Below are positions 36,244-46,032 of a DNA stretch of 62,656 nucleotides, piece after piece; the first letter of the stretch is position 1, and every line of letters begins with the position of its first letter. Source of the stretch: a virus (lineage: Duplodnaviria > Caudoviricetes); the IMG/VR virus record IMGVR_UViG_3300025141_013570, positions 1-62,656 of that record; one strand, 5' to 3'. The notes under the pieces are model-generated. The model ran no database searches. It was not told the DNA's origin and was given only the letters and a program-made list of their open reading frames with translations. The translations under genes were made by a program, and so were the position numbers.

Positions 36244-36920
36244 TTGTTTTTAAATACCCTATATCTTTTTCTCAATTTATTGAGATTATTTACCACCTGT
36301 TTTGTGTTCAAGCCGGTGATCTCTCTCAAGTACAAGTAAATAGCTTTTTTATTAAAAATCTCAATTGTATCTGCCGAATCCATCAAAATCCGAACTGCCA
36401 TGAGGACCTTTTTTTCGTTTTCTTTTAACATAAAAGAATCCCAGGTGTTCATTTCGTTTCCAAAAGACTTCCAAAATTCGAGTTCATTTCTTTTTTCTTC
36501 GTAAGTAGGTTCTTTAGAAATAAGATCTTCGTCAAGCTCGTTGACCATATCCTCTAAAAACACTTCGGTTCTGTTGCGTTTCTGTGTTCTTTTGACTTTA
36601 TGAATAAACCAATTTTTGGTTACTACTGAAAAATAGGAGAAGGCTTTAGATCCCTTGTTGGGATCATACTTGTTTAGTATTGTCGTCAACCACACCTTGC
36701 AATCTTCTTTAAGATAATCGATGTTCGGCAACGTTGTGAACCGATAAGTATAAATTATTTTATCCACCATTTGATCAAAGGCTGGCTGAATATATGCAAT
36801 ATACAATTCGGAGCGTAACTGTCGGTCTGTCGTATTGGCGTATTTCACAATAGCATCTTCGTGCACTTTTGTAAAATAATGATTTTTTTTAGACTTGCGA
36901 CGCTTCTTCTTGGGCTGCAT
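36222..36920 (-). CDS. Phage sigma factor, T4 gp55-like (late transcription)
   Basis: 232 aa. N-terminal KKNHYFT and sigma region-2-like LNKYDPNKGSKAFSYFSVVTKNWFI. GAGGAG RBS. Sits at the head of the structural module. Confidence 0.7.
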   Translation of the reverse strand: MQPKKKRRKSKKNHYFTKVHEDAIVKYANTTDRQLRSELYIAYIQPAFDQMVDKIIYTYRFTTLPNIDYLKEDCKVWLTTILNKYDPNKGSKAFSYFSVVTKNWFIHKVKRTQKRNRTEVFLEDMVNELDEDLISKEPTYEEKRNELEFWKSFGNEMNTWDSFMLKENEKKVLMAVRILMDSADTIEIFNKKAIYLYLREITGLNTKQVVNNLNKLRKRYRVFKNKWESGEI

Positions 36921-37209
36921 CCAACTCCTCCTCTATCTCACTATCAATTGTATACACAAAGATCTCGCGGAATCCTTCTATTTCTTCGTTTACCTCGCGG
37001 AGACGAAATATCAATTCCTCAATCATGGGCTCGCCAGTAAAGCTGTCCATACTATAAAGAGACGACACAAAAACTCGAAATGCTTTAATGGTTAAAAATA
37101 AATCCGAGAGATTGGCAGAAACATATAATAGTTTTTTTAAAAGCGTGGCGAGATACCACCCTAAAAAAACATTCGCTACCAACGAAATTCCTAATATCAC
37201 ACTCATCAT
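36889..37209 (-). CDS. Small membrane-anchored hypothetical protein
   Basis: N-terminal hydrophobic segment VILGISLVANVFLGWYLA, acidic C terminus. Confidence 0.6.
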   Translation of the reverse strand: MMSVILGISLVANVFLGWYLATLLKKLLYVSANLSDLFLTIKAFRVFVSSLYSMDSFTGEPMIEELIFRLREVNEEIEGFREIFVYTIDSEIEEELDAAQEEASQV

Positions 37210-37457
37210 TCGTCGTACCTCCCTAACGTATCCTTATGGCGCTCAAGGTCTTCGCGCGCGTCCTGGATGAATTCTTCTGTCACGGTACCCACTTTCGGGG
37301 CGGCTTTAGCTTTGGGAGTTGTAAATCGAGTTAATAGTTTAATTAAGCTGTTAACTTTATTACATTTGGGACAATCGTGGCGAACTTCCTCTGATAAGTG
37401 GAAAATCGTAGATAACTCTTCGCATTCGGTGCACCGATAAACATATCGAGGCATCAC
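37206..37457 (-). CDS. FmdB-family zinc-ribbon protein
   Basis: MPRYVYRCTEC...CPKC. Confidence 0.85.
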   Translation of the reverse strand: MMPRYVYRCTECEELSTIFHLSEEVRHDCPKCNKVNSLIKLLTRFTTPKAKAAPKVGTVTEEFIQDAREDLERHKDTLGRYDE

Positions 37458-37651
37458 TATTTCTCTAAATTAATAAGTCTTTTGTGAATGTCGTTGAGAT
37501 GAGATTCTAGATTTCGGGATTGTTCGGACAGTGCTTGTCGCAACATCGTATCTATGAGTTCGCGAGCGTCTCCGGCTGTAATATATGTCGGGCCTCCAAC
37601 TATTTTTTCGGGGCTCTGGGTTGTTGTCCGTTTAGTTCTCCGTGTAACCAT
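37457..37651 (-). CDS. Hypothetical protein
   Basis: 64-aa ORF tightly packed with its neighbours; GGAG upstream. Confidence 0.6.
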   Translation of the reverse strand: MVTRRTKRTTTQSPEKIVGGPTYITAGDARELIDTMLRQALSEQSRNLESHLNDIHKRLINLEK

Positions 37652-37652
37652 T

Positions 37653-37886
37653 TTAATTAATCTCCTGATTGGTAGTGTTGTCTGTTTCGGTGGCTTCGAC
37701 GCCAGTTAAAGAAACAATGGGCGGGTTAGTGACAACTAGTTCGCCCGTTTTTGTACCCCACCGCTTTACGTCGGGGGATTTCTCGAAATCCATCTCACTT
37801 AAAACAGGTACAATATCGCTCTGCTCCATAAGAGATTTCTGAAGCGCCATCATAAGAGCTCCAATTGCTTGATTTGATAATTTCAT
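37653..37886 (-). CDS. Hypothetical protein
   Basis: 77-aa ORF abutting neighbours; AGGAG upstream. Confidence 0.65.
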   Translation of the reverse strand: MKLSNQAIGALMMALQKSLMEQSDIVPVLSEMDFEKSPDVKRWGTKTGELVVTNPPIVSLTGVEATETDNTTNQEIN

Positions 37887-38192
37887 TTATTTTTTCTCCT
37901 TAAAAAAGTTATCAGTATTGATGTTCTTGTCATCAATAAACAGGTCATAAATGGGCTTGCCGAACATCAAATCATGATATTTGACCCCCCACTTCTTAAA
38001 TTGTTGTTCCGTGGTTTCTCTCCAGTCTATACCGGAGCCGGTTCCGCGGGCTGTCCAATATATGATGGTATTACCTTCATCATACAGTGAATTTATTTTG
38101 GTTATTCTATCCAAATGTGGCACAGCTTCTCCATATTCGCGCGAAGGAGGAGACTCACAAATTGTCTCGTCAATGTCAACATAAATGATCAT
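37887..38192 (-). CDS. Minimal HAD-family (capsule-biosynthesis-type) phosphatase
   Basis: DIDETI, WTARG, GKP..DLFIDDK. Confidence 0.85.
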   Translation of the reverse strand: MIIYVDIDETICESPPSREYGEAVPHLDRITKINSLYDEGNTIIYWTARGTGSGIDWRETTEQQFKKWGVKYHDLMFGKPIYDLFIDDKNINTDNFFKEKK

Positions 38193-39139
38193 TAATAAAT
38201 TCCAAACGCTTTAGAACGGTACTGAACCGTTAGTTGTTGTCGGATTGTGCCGGGTAGTGCCTCTCCCCTTTTATGAAAGCCACGTGTATTAGCTATTATA
38301 AGAGTGTTGGCAGCCCCTGTCAGCCTAACTATATCATTATATCCTATTCTTTCTAGTTCTTGAAGCTCTTCTTCTTCTGTGGATCCTTCTAATATCCGAA
38401 AGGGGCCTGGGCGGCCACCTTTTTGCACCCGGGTGTGCCATAAATCGCTTCCCGGGGAGATCATCGAGGTCTCCTGTTCCCACTGAAGCCGGCGTCTGGT
38501 GAGATGATGTGAGCCTTTTACGAGGGTGAGTGGGCCGCTCTCTTTGTCAATATCCCCTAAATATAGCCACATCTTGCATACAGGGTGAAACGTATCCGTA
38601 TGAAAGCGGTATTGAGGGTCAGTTCCGTTGTGCTGGAGGTTCCAAAATTGAGATCGGGGTACCCCGTTGGGAGCATCGTCAGAGAGGCTTCGAATGTGGC
38701 AGCATTTTTTTATAAGCGTGTTAAACTCGGGATAACGTAAGAAAAAACGGTTATCGTTAAAGCCGATTTTCATAGCCAGGTTGTTTTGAGTCTCAGACTC
38801 AAATCGACTTCGAAGGCTACGGAACTCATCCAAGGGTAAAAAATTACTTATCTTTATATAGCCATTTCGATTATACAAATTGGCGGCGTCATCTAGGGCC
38901 GGGTTTCGTCTGTCATGTATACGTTGGGCCAATAAAACACGATAGAGGTGCAGCCCCAGGAAGTTTAACTCGGACGTTACAAATTTTTCATTGCTATACA
39001 CCTGTTCCAAAAAAGTGGAAGGCTGCTTTTTGAGTTCCCCTTTCAGTTGAGATAGAGGGTGCCCCACCACTTCCGCAAAAAGTGACCGGTCCCGATCGTC
39101 TAAAAACCTATCATCTGTTAAATTATTAATAAATTCCAT
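38192..39139 (-). CDS. 2OG-Fe(II) dioxygenase, PhyH-like
   Basis: FHTD...KMWLYLGDID..SGPL.LVKGSH...GFHKRG...R. Confidence 0.85.
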   Translation of the reverse strand: MEFINNLTDDRFLDDRDRSLFAEVVGHPLSQLKGELKKQPSTFLEQVYSNEKFVTSELNFLGLHLYRVLLAQRIHDRRNPALDDAANLYNRNGYIKISNFLPLDEFRSLRSRFESETQNNLAMKIGFNDNRFFLRYPEFNTLIKKCCHIRSLSDDAPNGVPRSQFWNLQHNGTDPQYRFHTDTFHPVCKMWLYLGDIDKESGPLTLVKGSHHLTRRRLQWEQETSMISPGSDLWHTRVQKGGRPGPFRILEGSTEEEELQELERIGYNDIVRLTGAANTLIIANTRGFHKRGEALPGTIRQQLTVQYRSKAFGIY

Positions 39140-39145
39140 ATTCTC

Positions 39146-39955
39146 TTACCTCGCTATAGCATAAGTGGATCGTTGAGTAGAAATATAACAAATCTCTATA
39201 TCATTAGCCAACATGTGACTCCGAAACTGGTGTTCGACACTGTCTCCCCATTTTTCCCAATTTGCCACGTATTTTGGGTGAGGATCATAGGGGACCTCAT
39301 GGTCCACCAAAGAACTGAATATATCCATTACCTTGGGCGTTCCAAACACGAACCCATCGCAAAAGTATTCATCCATAAAAATCATAGGAGGAGAGCAACC
39401 GAACCCACCAAACACAAATATTTTATTCTCCATGTTTTCTAGGCCGCCAACCGTCTTAACAATTGATTCCATGTTGATTCGCACTCCGAGAACAAAATCA
39501 AATCGTGAACGAATCACCAAATCGTAATCCTTGTTCGATTCTTTGCGCAACTCATTACATTTTTTTAATTTGTAGAGCTGTCGTTTCCGCATCCATTCCC
39601 ATTTTGTCATGTCTGTGTCGTGCGTGGTGTCCCCCACCACCTCTTCTTCGATAGCGCACGAAACGAGGTTCTCTCCAAAACATTGGTCAAAGAGGTTCTT
39701 TATTAAATCTTCTGTTACCTTATAAATAATTCCATAAGTTTTATAATTCTTCCTCCATCCCACCCCTGCCGGCAAGTAAGGCTGTGCTTCGGTGGCAGCC
39801 TGTAGGTTTACCGCAGCGTTGTCCTTTTGACTTACAGCGTTAGAAGTGTAGCAATATACATCACAGTTATTAGCATCCAAGAAGGTATGCCTATGATTGG
39901 CAATTGCTTTATGAAGACCACCAACTTGGCCCGAATAACATACAGCTATTTTCAT
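39146..39955 (-). CDS. Glycosyltransferase-like protein (KIAxCxSG / RxD type)
   Basis: MKIAVCYSGQ...YDLVIRSRFD...CDGFVFGT; type often seen in viral glycan loci. Confidence 0.6.
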   Translation of the reverse strand: MKIAVCYSGQVGGLHKAIANHRHTFLDANNCDVYCYTSNAVSQKDNAAVNLQAATEAQPYLPAGVGWRKNYKTYGIIYKVTEDLIKNLFDQCFGENLVSCAIEEEVVGDTTHDTDMTKWEWMRKRQLYKLKKCNELRKESNKDYDLVIRSRFDFVLGVRINMESIVKTVGGLENMENKIFVFGGFGCSPPMIFMDEYFCDGFVFGTPKVMDIFSSLVDHEVPYDPHPKYVANWEKWGDSVEHQFRSHMLANDIEICYISTQRSTYAIAR

Positions 39956-40791
39956 CTCTCTTTAAAGTACTTTCTCCGGACGGAGGGGCAATCGTCGTGC
40001 CAGTTCTTACAAAACTTTAATTTGTCTATCATGTTCAATTGTTCGAGGTGATAGATACACTGGCGGTGGGCTGAAATTTTCCACGGCACCCCGGGGGCGC
40101 CGGGGCAGTTGCCGGGGAGACAAGACTCATCCTGTCGGTCATAGAATGTTGCAAATTTATCCATATTGTCAGAGTTCGAAAAAAACCACATGCCCATGAG
40201 CCCCTCATGGTTATGAGGATACCCTACCCATTTGGTTTCAAATTTTAAGCCAGAGTCCGACAGCTGCCAATATTCTACGTCACTTAATTCCCTGCCATTC
40301 AAATATTTTCGGGGCCAGTTTTGCGTCCAAAAATATTCTTGATCGTAATCTTTAAATATTAAATCCGTCTGCCATGCTAAATCAAACCGGGCCAGCATAA
40401 CACAATCATATTTAAAGTTATTCTCTTTCTCGTACTCGCTCTTTAATTGCATAGCCTTTTTTCTACTATACCAAAGACTGTAATGTGTTTGTTTTCTTAC
40501 TTCATCAGCACCAGGGGGACGCACGTGAGCGGGAATATCAAATATGCGCTGCTGTTCGATTATATGTTTCTTGGGTTGGTACGCCTCTAGAATTTCCTCC
40601 TGCACCCCAGTTGACCAGGAATGAACAAAAATATCAACATCATTTTTGTCGATAATATGTTCCCTATAAAGAGCAGAGCTTATCTCAAAACATTTTTTAA
40701 AGTCTCCGACTAACTCCTGACTCTTCCCTCTGGTACTTCCTACAAGTCCGCTGAAACATATCGCTGTTTTCATATTCTTTTCCTCTACCAA
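39952..40791 (-). CDS. Glycosyltransferase-like protein, paralogue of 39146..39955
   Basis: MKTAICFSG...DIFVHSW...YDCVMLARFD...WFFSNSDNMD. Confidence 0.6.
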   Translation of the reverse strand: MVEEKNMKTAICFSGLVGSTRGKSQELVGDFKKCFEISSALYREHIIDKNDVDIFVHSWSTGVQEEILEAYQPKKHIIEQQRIFDIPAHVRPPGADEVRKQTHYSLWYSRKKAMQLKSEYEKENNFKYDCVMLARFDLAWQTDLIFKDYDQEYFWTQNWPRKYLNGRELSDVEYWQLSDSGLKFETKWVGYPHNHEGLMGMWFFSNSDNMDKFATFYDRQDESCLPGNCPGAPGVPWKISAHRQCIYHLEQLNMIDKLKFCKNWHDDCPSVRRKYFKER

Positions 40792-40796
40792 TCCTT

Positions 40797-41129
40797 TTAG
40801 TTGCCCCTATAAGCAACAATCGACTCAATCTTTTTGGCCGTGTTAAATTTAATAATATCTACGACCGGGAGGGCTTCAGTATCGTCAACAACAATCAGCA
40901 ATTCAGCAATAGCTGTCAGCCCACATACATAAAGATTTTGTACCCTAACTGACAGGTCTCCAACGAATTCAAAGATATCCGTGTTCGCCTCTAGAACCGA
41001 CTCCTTGCCGTCCACGCAAATATTCCAGTCTTTCAAACTTACCGAATCATGGAACATTTCCGCGAGAGTAGCTATGTCTTTATTTTCAAACGCCGAAAAA
41101 TACGAGCGTGCAGTTTCTTCTAAATTCAT
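40797..41129 (-). CDS. NTF2/SnoaL-like protein
   Basis: YFSAFENKDIATLAEMFHDSVSLKDW...VVDIIKF...KIESIVAY. Confidence 0.8.
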   Translation of the reverse strand: MNLEETARSYFSAFENKDIATLAEMFHDSVSLKDWNICVDGKESVLEANTDIFEFVGDLSVRVQNLYVCGLTAIAELLIVVDDTEALPVVDIIKFNTAKKIESIVAYRGN

Positions 41130-41141
41130 GTTTATTCCTTA

Positions 41142-42758
41142 TCAACCAGCATACGTCAGCATTCTCTCTGCTTCACTGGTTCCGTATTTATCAATATAAT
41201 ACTTCTCCGACAATTTGTCAAAGATTTGATTTCCTTCTTCATCAAAGACTTCAGCCTTCTTAATATCGGGATATAAAGATTCATCCATCGTCACATACAA
41301 AGGAAACACCCTTTGCAAGCCAAGCATCTCATCCGGTTGCAGGTATGGCTCTGGCATTGTCAAAATAGATTTTTCGATAAACGATGTGGCCTGCAATGTT
41401 GGGTCTAGCCAGCCCTCGTCGATGGCATTTTGGCGCAGAACAGTACCCCGATAGGGTGCGAAAATGTTAACAGCCAAAGAGTCAAATGTCTTCACCTTTT
41501 TGGCTAGCTCGATAGTATCAAAGATTAGGGCCCGAGTTTCGTAAGGCATGCCAATAATAATATTCATTGAATAGGGTACCTTGAAGTCTCCCAATATCTG
41601 GGCCTTCTCAACGATTAGCTTGTTGCTGATGTTCCGAAAGAGCCTTTTCTTTCGAAATTCCTCGTTTCCGTGCTCAAGCCCAAAAGACATCCGGTACAGC
41701 CCCACGTCGCGGAGCCACGCTAGCTTGTCAGCATCTATATCTTCAAACCGAGTTTGACACCAAAAAGGCATCTTAAAGTCTTTGTACATCTCGGCGAATT
41801 CTTTGATCTCTTTTTTGGGGCGCGCCATAAACGCATCATCGTTGATATACAAAAAATTAGGCTCATATCGATCGACCATAGCCTCAAGCTCGCGCCTTAA
41901 GGTATCCATAGTCTTGCGTCGCGTATAAAGGCCCTGTTTCTTTTCCTTGGCCAACAACACCTGCTTGGGGGAATTACAAAAAGCACATTTATAGGGACAG
42001 CCTCTATAGGTCTCAATCGGCATAGCTTTCCAAATTTTTGCCCCCAACGGTCGTAAGAAGCGCTTCTCGTCAAACAATGAAAAATCAGGAATTATATGAT
42101 TAATGTCTATCAAGGGTCGTGGATCGTTATTACGGACAAAGCCGCGGCTGTCCTTTGCTCGGGTGCCTTTAATATTAGTGGTAGACTGACCGAGCCGGAC
42201 AGCCTCACAAAATTCAACGATTGTTTCTTCTCCCTCTCCTTCCGCTAAACACTGAATATGGGGGTCAACAATCATTTCCTCCGGGGCCATGGTGGGGAAA
42301 ACTCCGCCAATGATTGATTTGACTTCCGGATATTCAGCTAAAGTTCTTAATAAGTCTTGGGCCTGGGGCCAGGTATCCTCAACCAGTGTTGAAATAATGA
42401 CCGCATGCGGGTTATATTCTTCTACCTTGGCACGGAAATCACCCAACAAGTCAGTCTTAGGTTGGCCAAACAGTTTTATAGGATCATATTTACGACTTGC
42501 CATAAGCTTATTAGCTCGTGTTGCACTAGCTGACTCATCCATCGCATCGGCAATCTTCTCTTCTTTCTTCTGCCCTACAAACTCATATGTGGGCATATAA
42601 GGGGTACAGTCAAACAGGTCTACGTCATACTCTTGGTCTTTCAATATTGCCGTCCATAGCCCTATCGCATATGAGGGAGTAAGCATCATACTTAAGTTAG
42701 GATAAACAATTAAGACTCTGAAGTCTTTTCTTTTTGGTTTTTTATCGGGTGCTTTCAT
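41142..42758 (-). CDS. Cobalamin-binding radical SAM enzyme (class B methylase-like)
   Basis: B12-binding N terminus (IIGGVFPT...GEGEE), RGCPYKCAFC, FGLEHG, IIGMPYET. Confidence 0.9.
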   Translation of the reverse strand: MKAPDKKPKRKDFRVLIVYPNLSMMLTPSYAIGLWTAILKDQEYDVDLFDCTPYMPTYEFVGQKKEEKIADAMDESASATRANKLMASRKYDPIKLFGQPKTDLLGDFRAKVEEYNPHAVIISTLVEDTWPQAQDLLRTLAEYPEVKSIIGGVFPTMAPEEMIVDPHIQCLAEGEGEETIVEFCEAVRLGQSTTNIKGTRAKDSRGFVRNNDPRPLIDINHIIPDFSLFDEKRFLRPLGAKIWKAMPIETYRGCPYKCAFCNSPKQVLLAKEKKQGLYTRRKTMDTLRRELEAMVDRYEPNFLYINDDAFMARPKKEIKEFAEMYKDFKMPFWCQTRFEDIDADKLAWLRDVGLYRMSFGLEHGNEEFRKKRLFRNISNKLIVEKAQILGDFKVPYSMNIIIGMPYETRALIFDTIELAKKVKTFDSLAVNIFAPYRGTVLRQNAIDEGWLDPTLQATSFIEKSILTMPEPYLQPDEMLGLQRVFPLYVTMDESLYPDIKKAEVFDEEGNQIFDKLSEKYYIDKYGTSEAERMLTYAG

Positions 42759-43756
42759 GGTTCTTCCTTGCAGTGTTGTACCACCAAAAGAATGCCTTTT
42801 AGTTTTGAAACCAAGGCAGAATGGATTTTGGAGTCAATCTCGGGGATTTCATTCTTCAAGCGAATAAAATCCGGATGCGAAAAGACATAATGGCCACTGA
42901 CGTTTATTATATCTTGTCGTGCGCTCTTTGTTAAGACGAAATCTGAAGGCATCCACTTCTTCCACCGCTTTGATTCATAGCACAAATTGAAAAAACGATC
43001 TAACTGCTCCTCTGTCTGAAGTGCTTCTAATATACATTTTGTTTCGCACCCTCCAAATTCGGGGGCTATGTTCAGGCCGTCTAGGCCGAGTGCAAAGCGT
43101 TTCTTTATTTCTCCCGGCGCGAGGAAGTCTCCGTTGTGCTCCTTGCTTTTGAGGCTATGGTTGGTGCAAACCTCAATCATTGCTGCGCATCGGCGCTCAT
43201 CGAAGACTCCAATGTTCTCGGTCCCCAGCAGGGCTGTTCCTCCTTGTATAACAGCGTATTCTATTTTTTCCCACAAGGCCGCATTAAGCTGTCCTTTAAG
43301 TATTTTTAAAAAACTATCTAACTCTGCCGTCTCATATCGTCGAATAGCCTCTTCTGTTCCCACCTCATAACGACAGCTGGGATTGTAAGAAGAAATATAT
43401 TCTATCATTTCGATGGTGTTTTTTGCCGCCTCTGGAACGGTTTTAAACTTTTTCCATGGATCAACATGAATCAAATCAAAAGAAGAAAAAGCATCATGGA
43501 GAAAAGACTCGCGCCCGTCGTCGCTAATGTCTCCCTGTTGGGCTCCTCCGTGATCTCTCTGTAGCACTACGCGGGGGGCCCGTGAGCGCACGTACTCTGC
43601 AAACTGTTGAGTTGTCCAGTTATTCACATAGCCCCCACTATATTCGATTTGGCGACGCGATGGGATAAGACCAATAGAAAGATTCTCCTCGTTGCTGACT
43701 GCGATGACCGCATCCACCACGTTTTTACTCATCGGGCCTATAAAGATGTTAGGCAT
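42755..43756 (-). CDS. TIM-barrel sugar aldolase/epimerase-like protein (GatZ/KbaZ-like)
   Basis: IGPMSKN...SRRQIEYSGGY...LQRDHGG...IHVDP...YEVGTEE...KEHNGD...NIAPEFG. Confidence 0.65.
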   Translation of the reverse strand: MPNIFIGPMSKNVVDAVIAVSNEENLSIGLIPSRRQIEYSGGYVNNWTTQQFAEYVRSRAPRVVLQRDHGGAQQGDISDDGRESFLHDAFSSFDLIHVDPWKKFKTVPEAAKNTIEMIEYISSYNPSCRYEVGTEEAIRRYETAELDSFLKILKGQLNAALWEKIEYAVIQGGTALLGTENIGVFDERRCAAMIEVCTNHSLKSKEHNGDFLAPGEIKKRFALGLDGLNIAPEFGGCETKCILEALQTEEQLDRFFNLCYESKRWKKWMPSDFVLTKSARQDIINVSGHYVFSHPDFIRLKNEIPEIDSKIHSALVSKLKGILLVVQHCKEEP

Positions 43757-45333
43757 TACCGGCCCTCTTCCTGCAATAAGGTGAACAGCTGGTATTTGCC
43801 CAGGTAAAACAAGAATTCTGAATAGGGGTAGTGGTGAAGGGCTGCAATATTTAAATATATTAGTGCTGTTAAGAGCTCTACCTTATAATAGTCATATCCG
43901 GAACTGACCACAAAGTCTTTAAATATCTTTTCACACTCGACGAGCTTCTGGTTTCGTAGGATATCAAAACTCACGATTCCGCCGTCCTGCTCGATCACAA
44001 AGTTATTTTTATCCACCATCTCATGAGGCACGATCAAGCCGTGTAAAAGTTTGGCAAGGTCATAATAGACATCCCCGTATTCTTTTATATCAGCAAAATT
44101 CTGCCTCCAATCGAGTAAATAAAAGTCTCCATTTTCAGCCACTAAAATATTTTCGAAATGCAGATCTCCATGGAATGTGGCAGCTTTCCCATCCGACAGT
44201 CGCTTCCAATCGACCTTTTCTAAAAGATCAAAGACTTTGGGTATCTTTATGGAATTAATAACATCGTCTGAATCATATCCATTAAAGCGAGTAAAATATT
44301 GAGATATGCGGGATTTCGTCTTATCATAATAAAAATTTAAACATTTCTTTTCAAAGGTGGCCCGGGCTTTATCGTTGAGAGGCGCCGGCACCCAGAAATC
44401 ATTCATCCAATTTAAGAACTTCTGAAACAGGGGCCGAGTGACCACGCGCGACATGGTTGCTCCGTTTATCAATTTGTAAGCATAGATGTTTGTTTTAGTG
44501 TCGGTTACCTCCGGAATGTAGTTTTTAATATGGGCGGCGCGGTCGACCCTATCCTTGATGAATTTTTCGTCTGCGCAGTATTTAACGGCCTTATTATTAA
44601 CAAACCAAATAGCTTCATTTGGTTTTTCTAGAATATGAGGAGAGTCCTTTTTAGCAAAAACCTGTCGGGTAATCTCTAGATTTTCAACTATTCCTGTGTC
44701 ATACCAAGAGAAGTGAACTGCACCAATAGGAAAACTCTTTTTCAAGAGTTCCCGAAAAGCGTAGGATTCCCCTATTTTAATAGAGCCGTATTTAACCCCA
44801 TCATTCATAATCTTCCAAAAAGATTTATAATCATGAATACCGGCGAGGCCGATATAAGGGTTCGTGTTTACCCCTTCGCCCTTTTCGTAGATCTTCTCAA
44901 TTAAATTATTATTTACCTGAACTGTTCTATAGTGTACCCCTGATTCAGCCTCAGAGTATCCCATCCAGTTTTTATCAGGTAAGGGAATTTTTTCTAGGAC
45001 CAGGGTGTCATTGGGTGTAAAAATAAAAGGACACTGCAAATGTTTCTCGCACTGAAGAATTGTGTACCCTAGGCCGCTAGACGGGCCGCAGTACGGGTCG
45101 ATATCGACGAAGGTAAGTTTTCGATCAAAGTGTGCGACCTTTAAATAATCCCTTAATAACGCTCCCTTATATCCCAAGGCAACAACTATTTCTACGTCGC
45201 GGGGATACCTCTCAATAACATGAGATATAACAGGCTTGTTATCAACCGAAACCATCGCTTTATTAATGTTCTTGGACAGATCGCCAAGTCGGGTTCCCAG
45301 CCCGGCAGATGGAATTAAAACCTTATATTCCAT
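43756..45333 (-). CDS. Sugar nucleotidyltransferase fused to an APH/choline-kinase-like domain
   Basis: LIPSAGLGTRL...NKAM and WYDTG (NTP transferase); HGDLHFENIL...LDWRQ...GDVYYDLAKL (kinase). Confidence 0.88.
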   Translation of the reverse strand: MEYKVLIPSAGLGTRLGDLSKNINKAMVSVDNKPVISHVIERYPRDVEIVVALGYKGALLRDYLKVAHFDRKLTFVDIDPYCGPSSGLGYTILQCEKHLQCPFIFTPNDTLVLEKIPLPDKNWMGYSEAESGVHYRTVQVNNNLIEKIYEKGEGVNTNPYIGLAGIHDYKSFWKIMNDGVKYGSIKIGESYAFRELLKKSFPIGAVHFSWYDTGIVENLEITRQVFAKKDSPHILEKPNEAIWFVNNKAVKYCADEKFIKDRVDRAAHIKNYIPEVTDTKTNIYAYKLINGATMSRVVTRPLFQKFLNWMNDFWVPAPLNDKARATFEKKCLNFYYDKTKSRISQYFTRFNGYDSDDVINSIKIPKVFDLLEKVDWKRLSDGKAATFHGDLHFENILVAENGDFYLLDWRQNFADIKEYGDVYYDLAKLLHGLIVPHEMVDKNNFVIEQDGGIVSFDILRNQKLVECEKIFKDFVVSSGYDYYKVELLTALIYLNIAALHHYPYSEFLFYLGKYQLFTLLQEEGR

Positions 45334-45683
45334 CAGGGAGTCCTATTATAATCGTCCTGAAGTCTTACAATATCATCTTCACCGAAGTAGGTGCCACACT
45401 GTACTTCAATAAAGATTAAGTTTTCAGTTCCACTGTTCTGTATGCGATGCTTGGCCCCCACTGGTATGTGTATGTGGTCGCCAGGACCGAGGAAATGCTC
45501 TTTGTCATCCAGGGTCACCGTGGCTGTTCCCTTAACAACGGTCCAATGTTCGGAGCGCTTATGGTGGTATTGATAACTTGGTCGCTGACCCGGCAAGACC
45601 GTTAGCCTTTTTACCTTACAATAATCCTCATCGAGAAGATTTTCAAAATGACCCCATGGTCGGTCTTCTCTATAAAACGACAT
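45333..45683 (-). CDS. Cupin, type II mannose-6-phosphate isomerase C-terminal-like
   Basis: RPWG...SYQYHHKRSEHWTVVKG...HRIQN...IEVQCGTYFGEDDIVRLQDDY. Confidence 0.9.
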   Translation of the reverse strand: MSFYREDRPWGHFENLLDEDYCKVKRLTVLPGQRPSYQYHHKRSEHWTVVKGTATVTLDDKEHFLGPGDHIHIPVGAKHRIQNSGTENLIFIEVQCGTYFGEDDIVRLQDDYNRTP

Positions 45684-46032
45684 CTTTTATCCCCTTGTTT
45701 CTTGGTAAATTAATTGCCATGGCAGTCGGGATTTCGGACGTGGGCTTAAGATCGTTTATTAAAATGCGAGTGCCTCCGCCGAGTCCCATGACAAGTATAT
45801 CATAGAAAATTCCCATTTCTTCGAGACATTCTTCAGTTTTTTTTCGCAAGCTTTCGCGGCGACCGGTCACCAAGATGATATTATACCCTTTAGAATCCCA
45901 TTCCACCAGCTTTTCGATAGTTCCGTCTAACAATTGAGGGCCTGATGTCGAAATTTTGGATAGATCACCTTGATGTTTGAGCAATGTCCCATCAATGTCG
46001 CAAAAAATAGTTTTAGGGCGCGCGTTATTCAT
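45670..46032 (-). CDS. HAD-family phosphatase-like protein
   Basis: FCDIDGTL, LVTGR, RILIND. Confidence 0.8.
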   Translation of the reverse strand: MNNARPKTIFCDIDGTLLKHQGDLSKISTSGPQLLDGTIEKLVEWDSKGYNIILVTGRRESLRKKTEECLEEMGIFYDILVMGLGGGTRILINDLKPTSEIPTAMAINLPRNKGIKDVVL

